From: Candidatus Woesebacteria bacterium
GTDB taxonomy: Bacteria; Patescibacteriota; Microgenomatia; UBA8517
Assembly: GCA_016432365.1 (NCBI GenBank)
Contig: CP066686.1
Location: 355-64,354 of the forward strand
Length of the DNA: 64,000 nucleotides
Direction: 5' to 3'
The position numbers were made by a program, and so were the translations under genes. Each line of letters opens with the position of its first letter. Position 1 is the stretch's first letter. The notes beneath the pieces were generated by a model. The model had not been told where the DNA came from. It worked only from the letters and a program-made list of their open reading frames with translations, and made no database searches. Positions 35,140 through 45,850 of this stretch are shown piece by piece.

Positions 35140-36825
35140 TTATACAGATTCTACTTTTGTAACTCTGATTACTTCCTCCATTGTTGTCACCCCGGACGCC
35201 ACTTTTTCTAATCCGTCATCAAGCATTGTTTTCATTCCCTCTGCTATCGCAGCTTGAGCAATAACGTCAGAATCAGCTCTTCCCGAAATGAGCTTTCTAA
35301 TCTCTTTTGTTACTTCCAGTACTTCAAAAAGGCCGACACGTCCGGTATATCCCGTTTGTCTACAAATCTTACACCCCTTTCCCTTATGAACTGTAACTTC
35401 CGGAGTGTTGCCAAAATATCTCTCTACTAAATCCTTTGGAAAATGCTTTACTACTTCACTCATTGCCATTTTTTCTTCAGACTTACACGAAGGACATATC
35501 TGGCGCACCAGCCTTTGGGCAATAATCACATTGACAGTGGAAGCAACCAAAAAAGGCTCAACTTTCATATCGCTTAGGCGCGGAATTGCGGTTGCTGCAT
35601 CGTTTGTGTGCAGTGTAGAAAGTACCAAATGTCCGGTTAGGGCCGCGTTGACTGCAATTCCCGCCGTCTCTCCATCTCTAATCTCTCCAACGAAAATCAC
35701 GTTGGGATCTTGCCTTAAAATCGAACGTAGCCCATTTGCGAAAGTCAGGTTGGTTTTAGCATTTACCTGCACCTGATTTGCGCCCTGGATTCTGTATTCT
35801 ACAGGATCTTCAATGGTCATTATATTTTTTTCTCGGGTATTTAATACTTTTAGAATCGCATAAATTGAGGTTGTTTTACCTGAACCGGTTGGGCCCGTAG
35901 AAAGAATCATTCCAAAACTTCTATTAAATGCATTCGTGACCTTTTGAAGATCTGGCGCGTTCATTCCCAAGTCAGTCAGAGTGTATTCTCTGGAGTGCCC
36001 CGAAAGAAGTCTTAAAACTGCTTTTTCACCTTGAGTTACGGGCAGAATCGAAACACGGATGTCCAAATTTTCTTCTTCAAGTCTTGCAGTCATTTTTCCG
36101 TCTTGCGCGCTTAAATGTTCATCTGTTCTTAAGTTTGACAAAACTTTTATTCTGGAAATAATTCTATCGTGAACTTCCCTGGGTACGCGCAAAACATCTT
36201 GTAAAACTCCATCGATTCTAAAACGAATCAGAGAAGTTTTTTCTTCTGGTTCAATATGAACGTCGCTTGCCCTATCGTGATAGGAAGCATTCACAAGTTC
36301 GTCGACCACTTTTATAATAGGAAGGTCTCCTTTATATAAAGTCGCCTGCTTCACATATTCCTGCAACAGTTCATCTATTGTCCGCTGGAGGGCTTTTTCA
36401 TAAAGCTGAATGGTGCCTTCTATCTCGCTCTCGTTGGCATAATACGCAGTTACTTTTTGTCCGGTTTTCCTTGTAACCATTGATATTATCGCTTTATTGG
36501 TTGGGTCATTTAAGGCCACCTTTACTCCGTTAGCATCCCTGGCAAAAGCAATTGCTTTTTGGCGTCTGGCGACCTTATCGGGAATAATATGAGCAACGTC
36601 TTCGGTAATAGATTCTTTGGAGAGGGCCACGTAAGGAACGTTATAATAACCTGCAATGATTGTCCCAAGTTGGTCTTCGGATAAAACCCCGCTTTCTATA
36701 AAAGCGTTAATCAGATTTGGAGATCTGGTTTCAACTGCATAATCTTCAGCTTTTTTGGTTGCAGCAGCGTCAAGCACACCACTCCGCTTAACTAAATCAA
36801 TAATTTTTGGGTCGGGCAGAGCCAT
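35140..36825 (-). CDS. pilB: type IV pilus assembly ATPase
   Basis: ASDVHIEP, GPTGSGKT, TIEDPVE, LRQDP, GHLVLSTLH, tetracysteine motif. Confidence 0.95.
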   Translation of the reverse strand: MALPDPKIIDLVKRSGVLDAAATKKAEDYAVETRSPNLINAFIESGVLSEDQLGTIIAGYYNVPYVALSKESITEDVAHIIPDKVARRQKAIAFARDANGVKVALNDPTNKAIISMVTRKTGQKVTAYYANESEIEGTIQLYEKALQRTIDELLQEYVKQATLYKGDLPIIKVVDELVNASYHDRASDVHIEPEEKTSLIRFRIDGVLQDVLRVPREVHDRIISRIKVLSNLRTDEHLSAQDGKMTARLEEENLDIRVSILPVTQGEKAVLRLLSGHSREYTLTDLGMNAPDLQKVTNAFNRSFGMILSTGPTGSGKTTSIYAILKVLNTREKNIMTIEDPVEYRIQGANQVQVNAKTNLTFANGLRSILRQDPNVIFVGEIRDGETAGIAVNAALTGHLVLSTLHTNDAATAIPRLSDMKVEPFLVASTVNVIIAQRLVRQICPSCKSEEKMAMSEVVKHFPKDLVERYFGNTPEVTVHKGKGCKICRQTGYTGRVGLFEVLEVTKEIRKLISGRADSDVIAQAAIAEGMKTMLDDGLEKVASGVTTMEEVIRVTKVESV

Positions 36826-36839
36826 AGCTTATTCTACCA

Positions 36840-37655
36840 TTAAGAAGTATATTCCTTGTAGAGTCTCTCTTTTCCATTCTCCATGATGTAGGCGGTAATA
36901 GTTATGTATTTTTCTATGTTGCTTCCTTTAAGTTTTTCGGTCATTATGTCGTCGACTTGAAATACGCCTGCGGGGTTTGTCATATGGATTCTTATTTCGA
37001 TTGGCCGTTCCTTTCCATCCAAAATTTCCACACCAGAAATTGCCAAGTCTGACTCAGAAAATATGTTTTTCTCACCTCTTGTATAGGTAATTCGACTTCT
37101 CCCCTTGCCCATGTCTATTGCATCAGCAATACGCATGGCGCCCGCCTCAACAGTACTCGGTTTCCCGGAAGCCCTGTGGGAAATAATTGCGTGGGAAACT
37201 TCGGAAATTACCACCATTCTCTCTTCGATAGGGAGAAAAGAAAGAATTTCTTTCATTAAATCCCGCGCTATAAAAAGACTAAACTCCTCATGTCCCTGCC
37301 GGTGAATTGAAATCCCCAAGTCATGCATAATACTGGCCAAAAAGATCACAACCTCCGCATGGTCATATGTTAGGCCAAAATCGGAAACTATCGACATGGT
37401 CACATTATTCTTTTTGAGAATTCTGGCAATTTTCATCCCGTTATTGGCCACAATCCCAAAATGAGTAGGTCCGTGGTCACTCATTGCCAAGCGGTCGATC
37501 GCCATAACGTTCATAATTTTCCATAAAGTTTTAATTTCGTCGTTATTGTTAACTCTATTTAAAACTTCTTCCAACATTTTATTACCTTCGGTTGGAACCT
37601 GTATTTTGATTGAATCCAGCGAAGATTTGGTTATTTTTGTATGTGATTTGTCCAT
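36840..37655 (-). CDS. HD-domain phosphohydrolase
   Basis: DHGPTH, MHDLG, ADAID. Confidence 0.88.
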   Translation of the reverse strand: MDKSHTKITKSSLDSIKIQVPTEGNKMLEEVLNRVNNNDEIKTLWKIMNVMAIDRLAMSDHGPTHFGIVANNGMKIARILKKNNVTMSIVSDFGLTYDHAEVVIFLASIMHDLGISIHRQGHEEFSLFIARDLMKEILSFLPIEERMVVISEVSHAIISHRASGKPSTVEAGAMRIADAIDMGKGRSRITYTRGEKNIFSESDLAISGVEILDGKERPIEIRIHMTNPAGVFQVDDIMTEKLKGSNIEKYITITAYIMENGKERLYKEYTS

Positions 37656-37770
37656 ATATTTATCAGGGAGTCAGATAAATCGGATATTTCTGATGGATCT
37701 GGCAATCAGGCATTGAATTTTCCGAGTATTTTGACTGTCCGAATTTTTAAAGTCTACGAAGTATTATACC

Positions 37771-38580
37771 CTATTTTAAGGCAGCATCTACGGTCGATTT
37801 CATATCTGTCCAGCTGTATGCTCCTGCATAACTGGTGGCGTTAATAAAAAATCCCGGGGTTCCACTTATCCCAATTGACCTGGCAATATCCGTCTCTTCA
37901 GTTAACCTGGAATCATACTTGCCGCTATCTAGACACTTCTTCATCTCAGCCGGATCTGTAGCACTTTTAAGAAAACTTGCAACCTCTTCCGATTTGGTCT
38001 TATCATTCTTTACAGTTGTATTCATGAAATCATACCCGGCATTTGTATAGAGTAGATCGTGGACTTCCCAAAATTTGCCGACATCTTGAGCACAATAAAG
38101 TGCCTTTGATCCCATTTCTCCGTTTCCGTGTCCAGGGGTATAAATCCAAACGTAAGAAGCTTTGCCGGAATCAACCAGCTTTCTCATTTCAGCAACCGGT
38201 GCAATATACTTACCTCCGTCTTTAACCAACTTGAACTGGCCTCCCATTTGATTATTTAATGCTGAATTAAGCCCTGTCGCGACGTGACAATATGGACAAG
38301 ATGGATCTGCAACTTCTACAAACAACACTTTCCTGTCTTTACCACCGAATTTTACAAGATTTTTATCAAAAAGACCTTTAATTGTGTCCAAACTCACAGC
38401 AGGTTGGTTGGGCTGACCTTCTGTGTTTGTTGCGGCTGTTGTGCCACCCTTTTCCAAATTGTTAACCTTTTGCCACAAAACACCAACCATAAACGCAAGA
38501 CCGATGCTGAGAACCACAAGTATCGGAGCTATCTTTTCAAAAATTCCTGGTCTTGGAGTTGCTTCTTCGTTTACTGACAT
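37771..38580 (-). CDS. membrane-anchored DsbA-family disulfide oxidoreductase
   Basis: N-terminal TM, CPYC, GISGTPGFFIN. Confidence 0.88.
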   Translation of the reverse strand: MSVNEEATPRPGIFEKIAPILVVLSIGLAFMVGVLWQKVNNLEKGGTTAATNTEGQPNQPAVSLDTIKGLFDKNLVKFGGKDRKVLFVEVADPSCPYCHVATGLNSALNNQMGGQFKLVKDGGKYIAPVAEMRKLVDSGKASYVWIYTPGHGNGEMGSKALYCAQDVGKFWEVHDLLYTNAGYDFMNTTVKNDKTKSEEVASFLKSATDPAEMKKCLDSGKYDSRLTEETDIARSIGISGTPGFFINATSYAGAYSWTDMKSTVDAALK

Positions 38581-38637
38581 TTGTACATTCTGCCCGAAAA
38601 ATTATTGAAAGTCAATGCCAATAATAGCTACTAGCAT

Positions 38638-39597
38638 CTAGCGACTAGTTCCTAGGTATTTTAACGCATCCATCGCGGCCATACATCCAAAACCCGCGGC
38701 AGTTATTGCCTGCTTGTAACGCGCATCGTGAACGTCCCCCGCAACAAAAATTCCCGGAACATTTGTTTTTGATCCTTCAGATAGCTTTATGAATCCACGT
38801 TCATCTGTTTCAACCACGTCTTTAAACACTGCGCTACCAGGTTTGTGTCCTATTGCTATAAATAGTCCGTCGATAGGAAGTTCTGAAACTTCATTAGTTT
38901 TATTATTTTTTAACTTTACACGCTCCAATTTTTCTTCTCCGCCCACCTCAGTTACTTCTGTATCCCAAACTATTTTAATTTTTGGATTGTCCTTCACTTC
39001 TTTCTGCATCGCGGCAGAGGCGCGGAATATATCGCGTCTATGAATTATTGTTACTTCCGAAGCATATTTTGTTAGAACAAGAGCCTCCTCCATTGCGCTA
39101 TCTCCCCCACCAACCACAGCAACCTTTTTACCTTTAAAAAACGGAGCATCACAAGGGGCGCACGAAGAAACTCCACGTCCAATTAATTTTTGAACCCCAG
39201 GAACATCAAGCCACAAAGTTTCGGCGCCGGTCGCAATAATAATACTGCGGGCTGAGTACTGTTGACTGTTTACTGTTAACTGAAACGGCTGCTTAGTTAC
39301 GTCAATTGAAGTGACGTTTTGTCCGACAAACTCTGCTCCAAATCTCTCAGCCTGAGCTCGCATCTCTCCTATTAATTTTGGTCCCAATATTCCTTGCGGG
39401 AAACCCGGGAAATTATCAACTTCCGTCGTCAGCATGAGCTGACCTCCCCAGACTTCTCCGCCAAGAATCAGAGTTGAAGCCGCACCGCGGGTTGTATAGA
39501 TCGCGGCGGTTAAACCGGAGGGGCCCGATCCAACAATCGCAACGTCCCATGGCCCTTTTGGATCTGACGGTTTGGATGAGAATATTTGTTGATCCAT
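38638..39597 (-). CDS. trxB: thioredoxin reductase
   Basis: GSGPSG, CAPCD, GGGDSA, AGDV. Confidence 0.96.
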   Translation of the reverse strand: MDQQIFSSKPSDPKGPWDVAIVGSGPSGLTAAIYTTRGAASTLILGGEVWGGQLMLTTEVDNFPGFPQGILGPKLIGEMRAQAERFGAEFVGQNVTSIDVTKQPFQLTVNSQQYSARSIIIATGAETLWLDVPGVQKLIGRGVSSCAPCDAPFFKGKKVAVVGGGDSAMEEALVLTKYASEVTIIHRRDIFRASAAMQKEVKDNPKIKIVWDTEVTEVGGEEKLERVKLKNNKTNEVSELPIDGLFIAIGHKPGSAVFKDVVETDERGFIKLSEGSKTNVPGIFVAGDVHDARYKQAITAAGFGCMAAMDALKYLGTSR

Positions 39598-39607
39598 TTT
39601 AATGAAT

Positions 39608-39741
39608 GAAGTAAGACGTTTGAGATTTGAAGCTTGAAGACGAATTCTGAAGTACGAAAACCGAAGCCAGAAAAATCAGGCCTCAAAATTCGAACATCAC
39701 ACCTTCACTTCAAACTTCAAACCTCTGACTTCCAACTTCAA
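39608..39741. repeat. intergenic degenerate heptamer arrays in inverted orientation
   Basis: GAAGTAA GACGTTT GAGATTT GAAGCTT ... ACTTCAA ACTTCAA ACCTCTG ACTTCCA ACTTCAA. Confidence 0.7.
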
Positions 39742-39745
39742 ATAC

Positions 39746-39985
39746 TTAAACTGCTGGAGGTGTTTGCGGGGGCATTCCTGCTCCTGCGTCTCCCGTTCCT
39801 TCAGTTGGTGTAGGTGTCGGCATTACCGGAGCTTCTGGCTCTGGCATTACTGGCTCAACAGGAGCTGGTGTTCCCACCGGCATTGTTGGTTGTTCTACAA
39901 CTGGCGTTGCAGGTGCCTGAACAGGAGCGTTCGGGTCTGCCGCTGGAACTGTTGGACTAACCGGATTTTGTGCGTTTGGATCCAT
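39746..39985 (-). CDS. Pro-rich low-complexity small protein
   Basis: 79 aa P/A/T/E-rich ORF directly after trxA. Confidence 0.65.
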   Translation of the reverse strand: MDPNAQNPVSPTVPAADPNAPVQAPATPVVEQPTMPVGTPAPVEPVMPEPEAPVMPTPTPTEGTGDAGAGMPPQTPPAV

Positions 39986-39987
39986 AA

Positions 39988-40311
39988 TTATTCACCACCC
40001 TTCTTCATTAACTCTTCAAAACCTTGTTTTCCTGCAAAACCAACATGACGTCCTATTTCTTTTCCGTCTTTGAAAAGAACCGTCGTGGGGATAGACATTA
40101 TTCCATACTTTTGTGAATTGGCGGGATTGGCATCAACATCCAACTTCATTACCAACACCTTGTCTTTGTAAGCCTCCGAAAGCTCTTCTAAAATTGGAGC
40201 CGCCATCAAACAAGGCCCACACCACGTTGCCCAAAAATCAACTAGCACCGGAAGTTTATTCTTAAGAACCTGTTCTTCAAAATTTGCGTCAGTGATATTT
40301 TGCGATGCCAT
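39988..40311 (-). CDS. trxA: thioredoxin
   Basis: WCGPC, SIPT. Confidence 0.96.
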   Translation of the reverse strand: MASQNITDANFEEQVLKNKLPVLVDFWATWCGPCLMAAPILEELSEAYKDKVLVMKLDVDANPANSQKYGIMSIPTTVLFKDGKEIGRHVGFAGKQGFEELMKKGGE

Positions 40312-40414
40312 ACGAAATTCAATATACCTTTCGATAAAAATTTAATCAAGAACTAAAAGTTCTTGCCGTGTACAATTTTGGAGAAATTGCAAGTCTCTAG
40401 AACCAAATTATATT

Positions 40415-42508
40415 TTATACTTTAATTCCATTAAGTCTCAACGAATTTACTACAACTGAAATCGAAGAAAGAGCCATTGCTCCAGCCGCAATCATCGGAT
40501 TAAGTAATCCTATTGCGGCCACAGGAATCAAAATAACGTTATAACCAAAGGCCCAAAATAGGTTCTGTTTAATTACCCCCAACGTCGCACGACTTAAATT
40601 AAATGCCGTTAATACACTTCTGATATCTTTATTTAATAAAGTTACACCGGCAGATTCAATTGCCACGTCTGTTCCTGTTCCCATTGCAATTCCAACATCG
40701 GCCGCGGCCAATGCCGGCGCATCGTTTACCCCGTCTCCAACGAAGGCGACGTTTACAGCACGTCCGTCACTTCCCACTTTCAAATCCTTTACTTTATCTG
40801 CTTTATGGTGCGGCATTACTTCACTCATTATATTTTTAATGTTAGCTTTATCCGCGATATCTTTTGCGACACTCTTTTTATCCCCTGTAATCATCCAAAC
40901 ACCTATTCCCTTAGCTTCCAGTCCTTCGGTCACTTCGCGAACCCCATCTTTAATTTCATCGCCGACTTCAAAGGTCGCCAATATTTTTCCTCCGCTCGTA
41001 AGAGATATCGATCCAGCTTTCGATCTCCCCAAAAAGTATTTTTTATCATCAATCTCTCCTTCTATCCCAATTCCTTCAAGTGCCTTAAAGTGTTCCACCC
41101 TCTTCGTTTTTAGCTCTTCACTTTTCGCTTTGTCGACAATCGCTTTCGCGATCGGGTGTTCTGAATTTTGTTCCAAACTTGCTGCAATTTGGAGATATTT
41201 ATCTCCTACTTTATTAGTTAAAAACATTTCCCCCTTTGTTAGAGTCCCCGTTTTATCAAAAACGATTGCCTTAATCCTCCCAAGGGTCTCCAAACTTGCG
41301 GCATCTTTAATTAAAACGCCTTTCGCGGCTCCCTTGCCTGTTCCAACCATAATCGCAGTTGGGGTAGCAAGTCCCATGGCACACGGACAGGCTATTATGA
41401 GTACCGCGACAAGGTTTACAAAAGCACTAACTGGAGATCCAAAAATAAACCAGACAACAAAGGTCGCAACCGAAAGCATTAAAACGATCGGAACAAAATA
41501 AGAAGAAACCGTGTCTGCAAGACGTTGAATGGGGGCCCTACTCCCCTGCGCCTCGGAAACCATTTTTACAATTTGCGAAAGCATGGTATCTCGACCCACC
41601 TTTGACGCCTTGAAAATGAATGTTCCCGACTTGTTTATAGTGGCACCAATCACGTTGGCACCTACGGTTTTATCTACAGGGAGACTTTCTCCGGTAACCA
41701 TTGATTCGTCAATCGCACTTTCTCCTTCCAGGATAATTCCATCGACAGGAATTTTTTCTCCCGGGCGAACTCTGATTCTATCTCCCACCACCACCTCTTC
41801 TATTGGAATATCTATTTCCTTCCATGATTTACCATTAACCTGCCGGAGGACTCGGGCCGTCTTAGCTTGAAGTCCAAGGAGCTTCTTAATTGCATCATTT
41901 GTGTGTGATTTGGCCCTGGCTTCCAAAAACCTCCCCAAAAGTATGAGGGCTATGATAACAGTTGAAGTATCAAAATAGGTAGGACCTCCGAATACTATTG
42001 AATAAAGTGAGTATCCAAAAGCAGCTGTTGTACCAATGGCAATTAACGTGTCCATGCTCGCCGCACGGTTTTTAAGTCCCGACCATGTGGCCAGATAGAA
42101 TTCTTTACCGGCCCAAAATTGGACGGGAATAGCAAGAACAAGAAGAATCCAGTTGGGAAACATCACAAAACTTCCTACCATAACAACCGCCGACAATATC
42201 CCCGATACAATAACCTTTGTCTTTAATTTTTTGATTTCTTCTTTTTTAATTTCGTCCTTTTGCTCTTCGGCCGATTTGCCTTCCGAATTGTTTGTATCAG
42301 TAAACACCGCTTTATAACCGGCGTCGTAAACTGCTTGAGCCAAATCTTGATCGCGAACGTCATCCCCAACCTCAACAGTAGCTATTTCGCTTGCATAATT
42401 TACCATTGCGGAGGCAACACCGGGAGTTTTTCCGAGTTTTCGCTCGATTAACTTTGCACAACTTGCGCAATGCATACCTACGATTGGAAATGATTTTTTA
42501 ATGGTCAT
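40415..42508 (-). CDS. copA: Cu(I)-translocating P1B-type ATPase
   Basis: GMHCASC, TGES, CPC, DKTGT, HP, GDGVND, YN..IP, MALSS. Confidence 0.95.
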   Translation of the reverse strand: MTIKKSFPIVGMHCASCAKLIERKLGKTPGVASAMVNYASEIATVEVGDDVRDQDLAQAVYDAGYKAVFTDTNNSEGKSAEEQKDEIKKEEIKKLKTKVIVSGILSAVVMVGSFVMFPNWILLVLAIPVQFWAGKEFYLATWSGLKNRAASMDTLIAIGTTAAFGYSLYSIVFGGPTYFDTSTVIIALILLGRFLEARAKSHTNDAIKKLLGLQAKTARVLRQVNGKSWKEIDIPIEEVVVGDRIRVRPGEKIPVDGIILEGESAIDESMVTGESLPVDKTVGANVIGATINKSGTFIFKASKVGRDTMLSQIVKMVSEAQGSRAPIQRLADTVSSYFVPIVLMLSVATFVVWFIFGSPVSAFVNLVAVLIIACPCAMGLATPTAIMVGTGKGAAKGVLIKDAASLETLGRIKAIVFDKTGTLTKGEMFLTNKVGDKYLQIAASLEQNSEHPIAKAIVDKAKSEELKTKRVEHFKALEGIGIEGEIDDKKYFLGRSKAGSISLTSGGKILATFEVGDEIKDGVREVTEGLEAKGIGVWMITGDKKSVAKDIADKANIKNIMSEVMPHHKADKVKDLKVGSDGRAVNVAFVGDGVNDAPALAAADVGIAMGTGTDVAIESAGVTLLNKDIRSVLTAFNLSRATLGVIKQNLFWAFGYNVILIPVAAIGLLNPMIAAGAMALSSISVVVNSLRLNGIKV

Positions 42509-42602
42509 GTTTATCCCCTGTCTCTTTTTTGCCACCGAAAAAGAACCAATAAATAAACCATATTAGTCCTACTCCGCCAATTGTAACCAAAATCTTATCC
42601 AT
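42498..42602 (-). CDS. 34-aa single-TM peptide between csoR and copA
   Basis: [34 protein letters not shown], overlaps the copA start. Confidence 0.65.
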   Translation of the reverse strand: MDKILVTIGGVGLIWFIYWFFFGGKKETGDKHDH

Positions 42603-42606
42603 ATAA

Positions 42607-42882
42607 TTATTTCTTCTGTAAAACAGACATAACTTCTTCGATTGCCTCTTTACTATTTCCGCTTTTAATTGAAGCGGCAACACAGGTATTAAGATGGCTC
42701 TCCAAAATTACTTCGTCCACTTTTTTTAATGCAGCCTGAACTGCGATCGACTGATGGACAACATCTATACAATAGGCATCCCCGTCTACCATAGATATAA
42801 TCTTATCTAAATGCCCTCTGGCAATTTGAAGGCGATGCAAAATTTGTTTTTTGCCATTTGACATATCCGTTTTGTGTGTCAT
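42607..42882 (-). CDS. csoR: CsoR/RcnR-family metal-sensing repressor
   Basis: RLQIARGHL, YCIDV, HLNTC. Confidence 0.9.
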   Translation of the reverse strand: MTHKTDMSNGKKQILHRLQIARGHLDKIISMVDGDAYCIDVVHQSIAVQAALKKVDEVILESHLNTCVAASIKSGNSKEAIEEVMSVLQKK

Positions 42883-42887
42883 AATTC

Positions 42888-42917
42888 ATTGTATATCCCC
42901 CTGGGGGGGATTGTCAA
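42888..42917 (-). promoter_or_regulatory. csoR promoter with CsoR-type operator in the spacer
   Basis: TTGACA-ATCCCCCCCAGGGGGATA-TACAAT-5 nt-ATG; C/G-tract inverted repeat. Confidence 0.8.
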
Positions 42918-42947
42918 ACACCATTATTTATATAAATAATGTGCAGA

Positions 42948-42973
42948 CCCCTCGAAGCCTCGGCGAAGTGGGG
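42948..42973 (+). repeat. 26-bp palindromic element (intergenic copy)
   Basis: CCCCTCGAAGCCTCGGCGAAGTGGGG. Confidence 0.85.
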
Positions 42974-42988
42974 TCAATTCTACTATTC

Positions 42989-44005
42989 ATGAATCAATTC
43001 TGGTTAGCACTAATTACAGGTTTAACAACTGGCGGTCTGTCTTGTTTTGCCGTCCAAGGTGGGCTTTTGACATCTGCCCTAGCCCAGGAAGGAATTGGAA
43101 ACCAACCCGGCAAACAAAACATTAAATATTTGAAGGAAAAAAGCATTTTAATGTTTCTGGCAGCAAAACTCATCGCCTATACCCTCCTGGGTTTCCTTTT
43201 GGGCGCATTGGGGTCAGTTATTGTGATTTCTATAAAATTTCAAGCCTTTTTACAAATACTTGTTGGGTTTTACATGTTGGCCACAGCCGCAAGACTTTTG
43301 AATCTCCATCCCGTTTTTAAATATTTTGTCATTCAACCTCCAACATCACTTTTAAAATTGGTAAGAAAAAGTTCACAGGTCAAATCATTTTTTGCCCCAG
43401 CTCTGCTTGGATTTTTAACAATTCTTATCCCCTGTGGGGTAACACAAGCAATGATGCTTTTGGCAATTGCTTCCGGCGGTGCCATATGGGGAGCCGGAAT
43501 AATGTTTTTCTTTGTTTTAGGAACCAGCCCTGTATTTTTTCTTATTGGCCTCGCCGCAACAGAACTTCTTAAAAACAAATCATTCGCCATTGTTGCCGCT
43601 ATATTTATAACAATTCTGGGTATAACTTCAATTAACAGCGGGCAGATTATCAGAGGTTCAGCTCACACTTTGCAGAATTATTGGAAAGTTATATCCGGAT
43701 CGGATATCATTCAAGGGTCGGCATCGATAAAAGATGGCAAACAAGAAGTGACAATCGAAGTGACCAGCCGAGGCTACAAATCGAATACTAATACTTTAAA
43801 ACTTGGAGTGCCCGTAAAACTAACCCTTATAACAAACAATATTTTTAGTTGCGCAAGAGCATTCGTCATTCCCTCTCTGGATTATTCTAAAGTACTTCCC
43901 CAGACCGGGAAAACGGTGGTTGAATTTACACCAAAAACTCTGGGCCAGTTAACTTATACTTGCAGTATGGGAATGTATTCTGGTTCGTTTAACGTAGTAG
44001 AATGA
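42989..44005 (+). CDS. DsbD_2/TauE-like membrane protein with C-terminal cupredoxin-like domain
   Basis: GGLSCFAVQGG, LIPCG, TCSMGMY. Confidence 0.85.
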   Translation: MNQFWLALITGLTTGGLSCFAVQGGLLTSALAQEGIGNQPGKQNIKYLKEKSILMFLAAKLIAYTLLGFLLGALGSVIVISIKFQAFLQILVGFYMLATAARLLNLHPVFKYFVIQPPTSLLKLVRKSSQVKSFFAPALLGFLTILIPCGVTQAMMLLAIASGGAIWGAGIMFFFVLGTSPVFFLIGLAATELLKNKSFAIVAAIFITILGITSINSGQIIRGSAHTLQNYWKVISGSDIIQGSASIKDGKQEVTIEVTSRGYKSNTNTLKLGVPVKLTLITNNIFSCARAFVIPSLDYSKVLPQTGKTVVEFTPKTLGQLTYTCSMGMYSGSFNVVE

Positions 44006-44211
44006 CTAATCTAACAAATATGCCTAACAAAATCTATAAAATCACCGGTCTTGATTGCCCAAGCTGTGCGGGACTGGTCGAAATGGACCTTGAGGACGCC
44101 GGCATCAAAGCTACTTGTTCCTATGCGAAAGGTGTTTTAGAAGTAGAAGGCAAACACGACAAGAAAAAAGTTGATGAAGTAGTTAAAAAATCAGGCTATT
44201 CCGTTTCCTAA
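44002..44211 (+). CDS. heavy-metal-associated (CopZ-like) chaperone
   Basis: GLDCPSC. Confidence 0.85.
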   Translation: MTNLTNMPNKIYKITGLDCPSCAGLVEMDLEDAGIKATCSYAKGVLEVEGKHDKKKVDEVVKKSGYSVS

Positions 44212-44279
44212 TTGTAAGCAGAGTTTGATGCTTGGTTTCGCTAATTGTAAATTGTAAATTTTAAATTAATAATTATTAT

Positions 44280-44690
44280 ATGTGTCCCGTATGCACAGTC
44301 ACTGTTGTTGCCGGCCTTGGAATCTCAAGACTTCTTGGGATTGATGACCTATTAACCTCGATTTGGATCGGCGGATTTATACTTTCATTTTCGTTTGTCA
44401 CTGTTAACTGGATCATTAAAAAATGGCCAAACTGGAATGCCAAAAAGTGGCAGTGGACAATTTTTGTTTCAATGTATATTTTAGCCTTGGCACCGCTTTA
44501 TAATGCCCCTACTATCACGAGAATTCTTTATGGAACGCTGGTCGGATCAGTATTTTTTTTAATCGGAGTATATGCAGATAAATTCCAGAGGAAAAAGTAT
44601 GATAAAATTTTCTTCCCGTTTCAGAAGGTTGCATTTCCTGTTTTAAGTCTTATACTTGCCTCACTTGTCTCATATTTTCTAATTAAATGA
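44280..44690 (+). CDS. membrane protein with N-terminal CxxC
   Basis: MCPVC, several TM helices. Confidence 0.75.
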   Translation: MCPVCTVTVVAGLGISRLLGIDDLLTSIWIGGFILSFSFVTVNWIIKKWPNWNAKKWQWTIFVSMYILALAPLYNAPTITRILYGTLVGSVFFLIGVYADKFQRKKYDKIFFPFQKVAFPVLSLILASLVSYFLIK

Positions 44691-45220
44691 ATGTAATTAA
44701 AACATACAAAGATTTGGTTGATAAGGTTAGTAGTTTCAAAATTGATCAGAATATTGATCTCTCTTCCGGAGAGGATCTGTCAATTGGGATCATGAACCTG
44801 ATTTCAATCGAAGAACATTTGTTTTTTACATACAACAAAACCAAATCTCCCAAATACCTGGAGTTACTAAATGAAATTCGGAAAATGAGGACAGAACTGA
44901 TGCGCGAAATCATTAAAGATTATGAAGGTGAAGTTTGGTGCATTAGCAAACATTTATTGGCAGCTTCAATGAGGATCATGGAAGTGGGAACAAAGGAATT
45001 AAAGAAGGGCGAGAACAAAAAAGCGCAAGTGCTTTTCCAAAAATCATATCAACTCTATTCCCTGTTCTGGGGCTTAAATTTATCTAAATTCCCTAAATCC
45101 CCCAGCCTTTCTGACAAACTCTCCTTTATCGACGAAAAAGGAAAATCAAAAGGAACAGAGTCTGTTTTCTCCAAACTTGGACAAGTAGTCCAAAAGGCCA
45201 TAGACTGTTGTAGAGAATAA
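44687..45220 (+). CDS. hypothetical protein (His/Cys motifs, C-terminal CC)
   Basis: EEHL, WCISKH, DCCRE. Confidence 0.75.
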   Translation: MNVIKTYKDLVDKVSSFKIDQNIDLSSGEDLSIGIMNLISIEEHLFFTYNKTKSPKYLELLNEIRKMRTELMREIIKDYEGEVWCISKHLLAASMRIMEVGTKELKKGENKKAQVLFQKSYQLYSLFWGLNLSKFPKSPSLSDKLSFIDEKGKSKGTESVFSKLGQVVQKAIDCCRE

Positions 45221-45726
45221 TGACAACTTTCTATATCTTCCGTCATGGAAATACTATTGATTCCGACAGCCTACTGACCAAATTTTTTGGGCATAAGCAC
45301 GATTCTCACGATTTAGTAATTCTACCAAAAGCACTTCCAGCTTTAAAAAAAATCGGAGCCTTTTTGGAAAAAGTAGACACCGACGCCAATTTTTCTTCTC
45401 CTTACCTGCGTTGCCGTCAATCGACACAAATAGTCAGCCATATCGCCAACAAAAAATATACGGTTGACGAGAGGTTGCGCGAATATGAAAAAAATGGTGA
45501 AAAATTTTCGTCACTACGTAAAAGAGTCCGCTCTTTTTTAGACTATGTCGCCAAAAAAAATTATTCATCAATATCAATTTGCACACACGGAGGAATAATA
45601 GCAGCCATTAAACACCTGGCCACAGGAGGTAATTTCTATTTTTTTCAACTCTGGGATTTTCCCGCCCCCGGTAACCTGATTGTAATGAAGGACGGAGAAG
45701 TAAAAACAATCAATTTTAACAAGTAG
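45220..45726 (+). CDS. histidine phosphatase family protein
   Basis: FRHG, SSPYLRC, RLRE, THGG. Confidence 0.9.
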   Translation: MTTFYIFRHGNTIDSDSLLTKFFGHKHDSHDLVILPKALPALKKIGAFLEKVDTDANFSSPYLRCRQSTQIVSHIANKKYTVDERLREYEKNGEKFSSLRKRVRSFLDYVAKKNYSSISICTHGGIIAAIKHLATGGNFYFFQLWDFPAPGNLIVMKDGEVKTINFNK

Positions 45727-45850
45727 TCTAGATTTACCAACTCCGTGTATATACTCCTCTTACTCGAGTTTGCAACTCTCGTTAGAGATTATATACTCGA
45801 AATTTTCGTTTGCGTATGCAAACTCAAGTTTCTTGAGTATAATCAACTCT

